Assembly (NCBI RefSeq): GCF_006345805.1 | Contig: NC_043011.1 | Coordinates: forward strand, 58,726,464-58,790,463 | Source of the DNA: Octopus sinensis | Taxonomy: Eukaryota | Length of the DNA: 64,000 nt | Direction of reading: 5' to 3' | In this document: positions 42,736-52,601 of the stretch, in pieces | Position numbering within the stretch: position 1 is the first letter of the stretch | Layout: each line of letters opens with the position of its first letter | The notes under the pieces: generated by a model | The model's database searches: none | What the model was told of the DNA's origin: nothing | What the model saw: the letters and a program-made list of their open reading frames with translations, nothing else | Translations under genes and position numbers: made by a program

Positions 42736-44760
42736 TAATAAATGAAATAAAACATATGCATATATATAAACATATATGTACATACCTACCTCTACATGTA
42801 CATATACACGCATATATGAGTACAGGACACCAAAGGGAAGGGACGTCGAACACAAAGAGAAACGAAAACAGACACAAACCAAAGGAACTGGACATTTTTT
42901 TTAAAAACAACAAAAAATGGAGTACAGGACAATTAACACAACGAAAAAACCCCTTCTTCAGTCGCTAAGGTTTCATCTACTCCACGTTTCGAAGGATAAA
43001 CGCGAGACGTATCTTCGACAAGAAACTTGCCTTTCTGCGAAAAGCAAATCAATTAAAATTCTGAGATCTTTTCGCAGAGGGGTAAAAAATGGTAAAAAAA
43101 TGGTAAAAAAACAGGACAGTAACGACAGTACAAAAATATAAACAGTAAAGAAATAAACAAAAAAAATATAAACACTAAAGAAATATAACAGTAAAAGATA
43201 GGACAGGGAAAAACAAGATAAGAAGGGCTGTTGACGCCGAACGAAAAAAGTATTGCAAACGCAGAATTTTTTGTGAACGACAGGAAAGCAGGAAGAATGT
43301 CGTCCAGTTACCTTGAAAGCCAGGCCAAAAAAGACAGTCAGGGTGGAAGTATCGTCGCGGCTGGACGACGGGAAGGGGGGAGGAGGAGCAAGAGGAAGGG
43401 AGAGAAGAAATAATTGTATTTTGGTGGCGTCATGTTGCATATTTAGGCAATGAAACACACACACTCTATATTCGTTGTTCATTCGCTTCAGTTTTATTTC
43501 ATATTAATTTTATTTTGGCCAGAATTCTTTCGTCACACTTCTGTTACCTCATCATTGGTCTTTTGATTTCTTCTTTCTTTAATTTATCTCTCCTTCCTAA
43601 CGATCTGCCATTTTGTATTCCTCTTGTATGTCTTTACTTGCGCTTGCGTATATCACTATGTGTGTGGGAACGTGTATCGTACATGTATTATCAGTATCTC
43701 ATGCTTATTAATTTAATTTAATTTATTTTATTCATAAATTCTTTTTTGTATTAATTTAATTTAATTTAATTTAATTTAATTTATTAACCAGCTTTAGGCA
43801 GCGCCCTCCTAATGTTTAAATGACAATATCATCGGTTTCTCAGGAACACTCTTATTTTGGTGGCGTTACACACTATTTCATTATGTTATTATGTTATTTC
43901 AGCAGAAGCAAGTGGGAACAATTTATTTACATTCATTTATTAATCCTCTCATACTAATTCGCTTATATATGGTGAAGTCTAAGCTTAGCCTATCAGGACA
44001 TTAGAAACAAACAACGGGGGTCTGCCACACACGTCGACATATTTAAATCAGTGCTAAGTAGTATGACTAATATTCGACCCTGCTTGCTGTTTCTCATTAA
44101 TGCCACAACACGGTTAACAGATATTTATGTTATCGTGAATACCATGTAATCTTATCTATATATATATATTCCTTTAGAAACATAGGTTTGTAGAAACTAT
44201 GCATATATAAGTACTGGTGTACTGCTTGCGTTAATCACTTGCATAGTTTTCCCACCTCTATACCAATTTTACAGAAACCTTCACATAAACTGTATGAGAT
44301 AGAAATTGCCAACATATTAATTACACTCACGTCATAGATGACCCTTTGCTTACCTGAAGCATTGACTATATATTCGATTCCTGAGACATTTATTACACAT
44401 TCGACCAGTATGTCAGACATTATCTACACATCTGACACTCGTTAGCCTTTGAAGGAAATTGCATATGATTTCAACTTCCTTGGTCAGAAATTACACTCAT
44501 TACAAGTTTCTGAAATAGTAATTTCCTAAACGTCACCTTCCTGAAAAAGTCGTTCATAAATCTTGAGACAGTCAGTGTCTGCGCAGTGTTTATGGCAGAA
44601 ATAAATTGTGCTTTCATATGAGCTTATTTATATTAACACTTTAAGTCAGCGGTGGAGTATCTGCTCCTACTATGTCGTGGTGGATCAACATTATGAAAAT
44701 TGCAAAGAACCCTCGAATTTCATCATACATTATTAAAAGAAAATGACTAAGTACAAAGTT

Positions 44761-45420
44761 CACAAGATGATATCAAAGGGCTCTCGGACTAGTTTTGTTT
44801 AATAAAAAAATAGCACAATTATCTGTTTTAAAATCATTTCCTTCGAAATTGTCATCTTGTGCAGCGATTCTGCCACTTCGGGAATCCGGCTTGAAAGTCG
44901 TTTTCCGTAAGCGACTCGACGGCCTTCAGCAATTTACACTGGATCACGACAATTGTGTTAAAACGGCGACCTTTGAGATGGATTTTTATGATGGAAGTGA
45001 TAGAAGTCCGCCGTTGCTAAATACAGCTACAAGGGCGGTTGAGAAGCAACATCATTTTGCTTTTGGCGAAAAACTCACGAATACGATGAGTTAGGTGAAG
45101 ACTCTAAGTGTTCACGCTCTATAGATCCGGTTGCTTTCGCCGAATGTCGTCGATCAAAGGCTTGAAAATGTTGCTGTAGAACTCTCGATTGACTGCCTGA
45201 CTCTACGAGACGAATTCTTGATGAACAATACTACATTGCCCAGGTTGACGCTCGTGGCAGGCTCTACAGAGCGGTCATAGACTTCCATGAACCTGTTTCT
45301 GCTTTCGAAGAACATGTGACACTCGAAACAGTGCGTACGACCCATTGCCTCATCGCGTATACTTGCGGAAGCATGATCAATACCTTCCTAAGTTTAAACC
45401 AAAAGTTCACGTTGGCTCAT
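44761..45420 (-). pseudogene. Internally deleted mariner with one TIR
   Basis: N-terminal NFWFKLRK...DEAMGRTHCFE joined to IVHQEFVS..AVNREFY...IREFFAK...HLKGRRF...FQAGFPKWQNRC..FEG. TIR-like cacaagatgatatcaaagggctctcggact at 44761-44790. Confidence 0.85.
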
Positions 45421-45925
45421 ATACGAAACACGTTGAAATACAAAAGTGTTTGATCAAATGAAATACGAGCCGGACACGAAGCATCTATACAATTCACCTC
45501 CATCCACTGTAAGCAGGTAATCCCAACAAAGACAATACATTTGGTATTGCACCTCTAGATATATTTTGCTATAATAATCTGCCTTATTCGACCTATGATA
45601 ATTTTCCTCTCCAAACACAAGATTTAAATAATTTGTGACATGTTTCCCACTATTCATAGGAATAACATTTATTTCGTTACTTGTAAATGATATATATTTT
45701 GGTGTTGCCATAGTCTTCACAGACACACTCAGAACAGTGACCTCTAAGCAGTTGACGTAAATCCAGATCAAACCAATGAATTTTCATAACTTGTTCGGGG
45801 GTCTAAAATAGATAAAACAAGATAGAGTTCCTGTCCTCTTGCTATCCCTAGTGTAAAACTCCTACAGAAGATGCAGTGTTCAATACCCACTTTCTGCTTA
45901 CATTCGCTTTGCCACATAGCATGCG

Positions 45926-45985
<60 letters not shown>

Positions 45986-46468
45986 GTATGTGTGTATATC
46001 TTTCGATCTATCTATGCATCTATCAATCAATCTACATATATATACATATGTATGTGTGTGTGTATGTATGTATATACACACACGTACGCAAACACACACA
46101 CAAACATATGTATTTTATGCATAAGATTATTGCAGTTTCGTTGATGCATTCCCAGCTGTGTATGTGCGATAAAATGTGTTTCAAATAATTTTGAGCAGTG
46201 CCGGGAGGTACGAAATGTCAATGAATTAATACACAAAGTAAATAACTTGTATTATCAAAGAATGGTTTTCCTATGATATTTTGCAAAATGTTTCAGAATT
46301 CAAATAAACGAAAGGAAATAAATGCTTCGGAGTCTTTCGTTAGCTGCAGGTAATTCTTCAGTGTCGCATACTTTTCTGTATATAACTCGAAAACGTTTAC
46401 TCGACTGCTCATCTGCAATTCCTAAATGGATTGCAATAATTTAACTTATATACATGCAGGTACACACG

Positions 46469-46502
<34 letters not shown>

Positions 46503-46584
46503 TTTGCATGCATGTGTATGTGCGTTTATATGTGTGCGTGTGTGCGTGCTGCAGTCCTCTGGATTGGCAAAATCATATACTGCA

Positions 46585-46765
46585 AAGGGCCGGCCTTTAC
46601 ACATTCTGTGTCACGCTGAATGTCCCTGAGAACTACATTAGTGGTACGCTTGTCTTTGGAGTGCTCAGCCACTTGCCACGTTGAATTAAGGAGTAGGCTG
46701 TGTTGCTCTGTTCCGTTGATCGGAGCAGCTGGAACTCCCGTCGCAGTAACCGACGGAGTGCCACC
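46585..46765 (+). mobile_element. SINE family C 3' half
   Basis: tgtgtcacgctgaat...ctcagccacttg...ccgttgatcgga...gtaaccgacggagtgc is the reverse complement of 14830-14990. Confidence 0.8.
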
Positions 46766-46775
46766 GTATATATAT

Positions 46776-46820
46776 ACACATATATACATACACACATACA
46801 TACATACATACATACATACA

Positions 46821-46852
<32 letters not shown>
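46776..46852. repeat. (TACA)n tetranucleotide microsatellite
   Basis: Direct inspection. Confidence 0.95.
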
Positions 46853-46855
<3 letters not shown>

Positions 46856-46925
46856 TTATAAATATATAATATATTCTCGTATATTCCATCTTCTGTCTTT
46901 TATTTGTTATATATATATATATATA

Positions 46926-47088
46926 ATTTGAAACTGACTTATTGGAAGTCCACCTGAAGATTGTCGATCAAGACAAGAAACAATTGTAGTGGCGGTTTTT
47001 TTTACTATTTATTAAAATTTTATGTATTGATTAAGTCTTTCCTTGTTTGTTTTGCAAAATAGTGGTTTTGTCTCTAATAATATTTTTT
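46926..47088 (+). mobile_element. Short non-autonomous HHR-bearing element (probably Penelope-like-derived) flanked by (TA)n
   Basis: Contains the intact HHR and is bounded by (TA)n on both sides. Its 3' part (reverse complement ttagagacaaaaccactat) and core (tcgacaatcttcag) recur at 25300-25520 in the opposite orientation. Confidence 0.55.
46950..46992 (+). ncRNA. Minimal type-I hammerhead ribozyme motif, catalytic core intact
   Basis: CCAC-CTGAAGA-TTGTC(GATCAA)GACAA-GAAA-CAATTG-TA-GTGG. Stem I CCAC/GTGG, core CUGANGA, 5-bp stem II, GAAA, palindromic stem III ACAATTGT, GUA triplet (predicted cut after 46988). Confidence 0.8.
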
Positions 47089-47601
47089 ATATATATATAT
47101 ATATATATATACATACATATATCTGTATACACACGCACGTACATATATGCATGCATATATATATATTCGTATGAAGAATGTCCAGAACAAACACATTAAT
47201 TTCTATATATTCTCAAATTTGTTCATTAATTGGAGGATAAAGTCTCTATTTCTACTAAAGATATTTTGTGACTCTGAACTTCGATTGAACTCCAAGAACC
47301 AAGTTACCCGACGGAATTAAAAGTAGTCGAATTATTGATCAGTTATTAAATATTTCTCTTCGATACCATCAGTAAAGCAACAAATTCAGCCACCTTACAA
47401 ACATCATATGTAGTTTTCCTGAATGTACTTAATAGTTTTCCTGTACTCATATAGATTTCCTGGGTATACATAAAGCGAATAGAATTTATATATAATTAAG
47501 TTTCTTAATAAATTTGTAAATGACTGATTGCTTGAGAAGTTGTATAAGCATCTACATAATATTTCGATCACAATCCTATATATAAATGATATGTATATAT
47601 C

Positions 47602-48373
47602 CTTTTTCTATTCTAGACACAAGGCCTGAAACTTGGTGGGAGAGAGCCAGTCGATTAGATCTACCGCTGTACGCAACTGGTACTTAATTTTCGACCCTGA
47701 AAGGATGAAAGGCAAAGTCGATCACTGCGGGATTTGAACTCTGAACGTAAAGACAGACAAAATACTTATTTCTTTACTACCCACAAGGGGATAAGCACAG
47801 GGATGACAAACAAGGACAGAAAAACGGATTAAGTCGATTATAACGACTCCAGTGCGTAACTGGTACTTATTTAATCGACCCGGAAAGGATGAAAGGCAAA
47901 GTCGACCTCGGCGGAATTTGAACTCAGAACGTAGCGTCAACGAAATCCCTATTTCTTTACTACCCACAAGGGGCTAAACATAGAGGGGACAAACAAGGAC
48001 AGACAAACGGATTAAGTCGATTATATCGACCACATTGAGTAACTGGTACTTATTTAATCGACCCCGAAACGATGAAGGGCACAGTCGGCGGAATTTGAAC
48101 TCAGAACGTAGCGGCAGACGAAATACCTATTTCTATTTCGTTACTGCCCACAAGGGGCTAAAACACAGAGAGGACAAAACAAACAAGGACAAACAAGCGG
48201 ATTAGGTCGTTTATATCAACCCCAGTGCGTAACTAGTTCTTAATTTATCGACCCCGAAAGTATGAAAGGCAATTTCGACCTCGGCGGAACTTGAACTGAG
48301 GAAGTAACAGCAAACGAAACACGGCTACGCGTTTTGCCCGGCGTGCTTAACGATTCTGCCAGCTCGCCGCGTT
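47602..48373 (-). mobile_element. Four-unit head-to-tail array of SINE family A
   Basis: Junctions near 47765, 47947 and 48125, with about 180-bp units. One tRNA head at the right end. TSD-like atgatatgta(t/a)a(t/c)atc at 47586-47601 and 48374-48389. Confidence 0.9.
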
Positions 48374-48884
48374 ATGATATGTAAACATCATTATAGGACT
48401 TGTTTGAATTTCATACACGGCTGGGAACGTGATCAGGCTAAATTTATTCTCTAGTTACAAGCTTAATTGCTAATCTTCACGGTAGAATTTATTGGCTTTC
48501 ATTCTTGAAGCAATATCTGTGTAGTGTTTCGATTGGGCAACATCAAAGTGACCCAATCAAGTCAATTGTAGCGATTTCGAGGAATTTAACAGGATATTAT
48601 TCATAGATAAATCGTGCGTGACACAAATGTGTTTCATTACTTAAGATATAAACGCCGTGTGATTTTTCTGTTCTGCTAATGGTCATATATATGCAACACG
48701 TTCCAGTTCAGTGGGCAGGGGACACGTTTTTTCCTCAAAAACCCAGGCTTGAACGACACTATTAGATACACTGAGTAGGGTACTACGCCACCCCGGCATC
48801 AGCGTCACAAAATATATGAACTTGGTTTTGTTTTTTATGGGAGATTCTAATATCATAAGTACGTAAAAAGTATTCCAACATTTT

Positions 48885-49140
48885 AAAGCCTTTCAGACAT
48901 TGCACTCGCGATCGCGAGATCATGGTTTCAAATCATAGACCGGGTGGTGCATCGTGTTTCTAAGCAAAACTGTTCATCTCGTGTTGCCCTGCGATCGTTT
49001 CGATACCTGAGGCAACGTCGAATTGATTGAGAGAGTGTGCTAGTGTAATTCATATACATTTAATCACTATAGACAAATCACTTGCGCAGGCCGATCGGCA
49101 GAAGCAGAACGCTTTATCGTAGCCTTCAACGGAGAGTCCT
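48885..49140 (+). mobile_element. Old degenerate tRNA-headed SINE
   Basis: actcgcgatcgcgagatcatggtttcaaatcatagaccggg resembles the family C/D heads. Confidence 0.5.
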
Positions 49141-49142
49141 GC

Positions 49143-49229
<87 letters not shown>

Positions 49230-49233
<4 letters not shown>

Positions 49234-49460
49234 GGAGTTTAAGAAAAATAACAGAAAACGAAGACAGTTGGTGTACAAAACAAACAGGTGTATTAGTATA
49301 GCGCTCAGGAATAGAAAACGTCTTTTACGCTTCGAGCCTACGCTCTTCTAGAGAAAGGGGCACAGAAAAAACAAGGAAAGAAACAAGGAGAGAAACAAAG
49401 AGAGAAACAAGGAGAGAAAAAAATGTGTGTAGTGCCTAACGATCTATCATGGCGACTATA
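49230..49460 (-). mobile_element. Second copy of the cgtagg-loop element, embedded in (TA)n
   Basis: Reverse complement TTT-CTCTAGA-A-GAGC-GTAG-GCTC-GAAG-CGTA-AAA. Colinear with 8521-8735. Confidence 0.65.
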
Positions 49461-49548
49461 TATATATATATATATATATACACGCACACACACACATACA
49501 TATATATATATATCTATAAAATAATATGTTACATTTACTCAATAGTCA

Positions 49549-49611
49549 AGATAAAACTCTGAGTTTCAGATGCCGAAGTGGAAATCCACAACAGCATCTC
49601 TTCGGTTATCT
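49549..49611 (-). ncRNA. Type-I hammerhead-like motif with long stem II (HHR-B), U4C variant
   Basis: Reverse complement: AGATAA-CCGAAGA-GATGC(TGTT GTGGA TT TCCAC TTCG)GCATC-T-GAAA-CTCAGAG-TT-TTATCT. 6-bp stem I, extra U before GAAA, stem III ACTCAGAGT, GUU triplet. Confidence 0.6.
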
Positions 49612-49881
49612 GTATCGTGAGGAACATTTTAGTAACGCTTTCAGTCTTTGAGACTTTTTCTACTTAGAGTAAAACATGATAAATAATTAAATTGTGAAAA
49701 TATTAAATGAAATAACACATCTCTGAGCGCGGTATAAGCAGTTGCTGCACGACACCGTGAAGTACATTTGCCACTTAAGTGTGACTAACTCCTATGGTTG
49801 GATGCTACTGTAGCTTGTAGCCGTAGGAGAACACCTCCTCCAGCTGGATATTGACATCCTTTCCGTCTTCAAACTATGAAA

Positions 49882-49926
49882 CACACGGACACGAGTTTCT
49901 GGTTACTGACCCATCATCAGCGTGTG
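49882..49926 (-). ncRNA. Minimal type-I hammerhead ribozyme motif (HHR-A)
   Basis: Reverse complement: CACACG-CTGATGA-TGGGTCAGTAACCA-GAAA-CTCGTG-TC-CGTGTG. 6-bp stem I, intact core, near-palindromic stem III ACTCGTGT, GUC triplet. Confidence 0.75.
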
Positions 49927-50084
49927 GCAATCACATCACTGGTTGCCGATGTAAAGTAGGTTCCCTTTGCAAATATATATCCTTTTTTCAGTGACGAAAA
50001 TCACTTTTCATGGACAATGGACGTGATTTGAGATAAAAAAGAGAAGAGAAATGAACGAGTGATGAATAAATATTAAAACTATAT

Positions 50085-50562
50085 TCCTTGGAGCGTAGGC
50101 GGGAAAGATATGCCATAATATACATCTGGAAGATCCTGGAGGGACGTGTCCCAAACTTTGGCATCGAGAGTTACACAAATGCCAGAACTGGGCGCCACTG
50201 CGTGGTGCCTAGGTCTCCAAATTTGCCATCAAGATGTAGGACAAGATACTGTGATAGCCTGGGCTTCGGTGGCCCACAGCTCTTCAATATCCTCCCGAAG
50301 AACCTGAGAGACCTGCATGGGGTGGATGCAGATGTCTTTAAAATGGAACTGGATCTCTTCCTGTCAGGTGTCCCAGATGAACCAACTTCACGCCAGGAGG
50401 TGCAGATGAGGGCAGCTGCATCGAACTCTCTCATGCACCAAATGGCAGTTGCTAAAAAGCTTTCGTGAAGTAAAACCAAGTAGCAACACCAAATGGCGGT
50501 GCCCCAGCATGGCCACAGCTCATGAGCTGAGACTAGAATCAATCAATCAATCAATCAATCAA
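50085..50562 (+). pseudogene. 5'-truncated LINE (CR1/L2 group) with (AATC)n tail
   Basis: LERRRERYAIIYIWKILEG...GPQLFNILPKNLRDL...FKMELDLFLSGVPDEP, ending in (aatc)n at about 50537-50562. Confidence 0.9.
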
Positions 50563-52365
50563 ATATATAGTGCGTGGGTAAATTTGTGAGCATATATATA
50601 TATATATGTGTGTGTGTATGTATGTATGGATGTATGAATGCATATATACATGTTTACATGCATCTGTATATATATATATATATGTGTGTGTGTATATGCA
50701 TATATATATACAGATGTAGAGACAGGAAGATAAACAATTAAATATAGATAGATAGTTGATGGCGTTTCCTTCGAGCCTAAATGCATGTGCGGTTCTAATA
50801 TAGCTGTCATGTTCACACTAATGTATATGCAATATTCCTGTATAAGCTAGAAATCGATAGATTAATTTTTAATGCTTATAGACAATGAAACTATAATTTA
50901 ATAGAAAAGTATTTAAATTAATAACTGCGTCTCCTCAGGATATTGAGATACTTTCCTGTAAGTCTTACTATTTAGATAAACCGATTAGAAGCAAGATTCT
51001 TATAACAATATTAAAAAGTTATTTTATGGTTTAACAACTGGACAACTATAATCATGCAAATCGCAAGAATCGCAGGAATTCTCTAACGAGTATCATGGAC
51101 AGATACTAGCTGAAATATATATATAGAAAAAATATTTTGTATTCAAATAAACTAATGTAATTCTTAAAGAGGTAGGTGAAAGTAGTGATATTTTTGCGAA
51201 TGAATAGATTATGATATAATGAGGGAAACACATTAACTACCGATCTATTGAGATCATTGAGAAACATAATTCTGTTCCAATATCTTCAGCCGCATTGAAA
51301 TACATCCATCAGCAGACAATGCACTTATGCAAACAATTTTTAATATCATACCAACTCTGAAATATTTTGAATACGAGCATTTAAACTGCTAGTATTTGAT
51401 ACAATGAACAAAATAGCATACTAAATATAAAATATGATTTATTATTAATATTATATGGAAGACTAAGGCTGAATTATTTTTTTATTTGCCTGTGTCACAG
51501 TCATGCCAATAACGTTGATGTATTATCCTTCAGGCTACCTATTAACCTCAGTAAACTTCGAAATGGTAAAAAAAATTAATAGTTAGTCTGCTCGACATTT
51601 TCTCAATAAACACTGCTTTTGGAAAGTGTTATTTCTCTCTGCTTATCTAAATATGTGTTGAATAACAGCAATTAGAGAGAATTTAACCAAGGTATTGAAT
51701 AAAAGACACAATAAGCACAGCCAGGCAGAAAGAGAATGAGGAAAAATCATTAGAAACCACAGCCATTAAATATTTTTGTACAAAGAGAGTGACCGACCTA
51801 ACGCACATACATTTGCATCACTCGAATACTGCTAGATTTCACAAGGATACCTAAAAAAACATCAGGATCTAATCACGTAGAGCCTAACAGGAGATTAGAT
51901 ATTGTTACTCTGTAGCACTATGCGTCAGACAAATAAGGTGTTATCTATTGACACGGCATTCATGATTTTGATGGTGCGCTCCATTACGATTCATTTGTGA
52001 GTAAAAGAGTCGAAGCATCAAGATAAACAACATTTAAAACGTTGGTTGTTTAATATTTAATACAATATCTAACCATTGCCATCGTGATACGATGAACCAA
52101 AAATTGTTTATCAACTCTAAAATTATACTAAATTATTAGCATTAACTCATTGGCTTTGATTACATTTTCTTATTTGTCTGTACGCCATTTTCGATATTGA
52201 TGTTTATTCTCAAACAGATTCTCTATTAAATTCAGCAAAACTCCCAAGTCATATTCATCGTGAGTGATTTTGTTTCTCTAAATTGAACCATGCTGGTGAA
52301 AATAACCAAATGAGAAACTCACTGAAGTTTGGTAACTCATTTATTAAATAAACCGACAAGAATTA

Positions 52366-52601
52366 CCTATTTCTTTACTACCCACAAGGGGTTAAACACA
52401 GAGAGGACCAAACAAGGACAGACAAGCGGATTAAATCGATTATATCGACCCCAGTGCGTAACTGGTACTTAATTTATCAACCTCGAAAGGATGAAAGGCA
52501 AAGTCGACCTCGGCGGAATTTGAACTCAGAACGTAACAGCAGACGAAATACCGCTAAGCCTTTCGCCCGGCGTGCTAACGTTTCTGACAGCTCGCCGCCT
52601 T
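52366..52601 (-). mobile_element. SINE family A (tail type 1), full length with TSD
   Basis: 15-bp TSD aaccga(c/g)aagaatta at 52351-52365 and 52602-52616. Confidence 0.9.

Larger units (their letters stand above)
49530..49975 (-). mobile_element. Element carrying two different HHR motifs (Penelope pLTR-like or retrozyme-like)
   Basis: HHR-A and HHR-B are on the same strand about 330 nt apart. The 3' end runs into (TA)n near 49515. Confidence 0.5.

Noticed and set aside
42985-43030. Hairpin followed by GAAACGT on the minus strand as an HHR
   Set aside because: No acceptable CUGANGA box and only a G-U-dependent stem I. It is too degenerate to call.
47602-48373. Regular ~180-bp repeats resembling a CRISPR or satellite array
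   Set aside because: The units are whole SINE bodies without unique spacers, the context is eukaryotic, and there are no cas genes.
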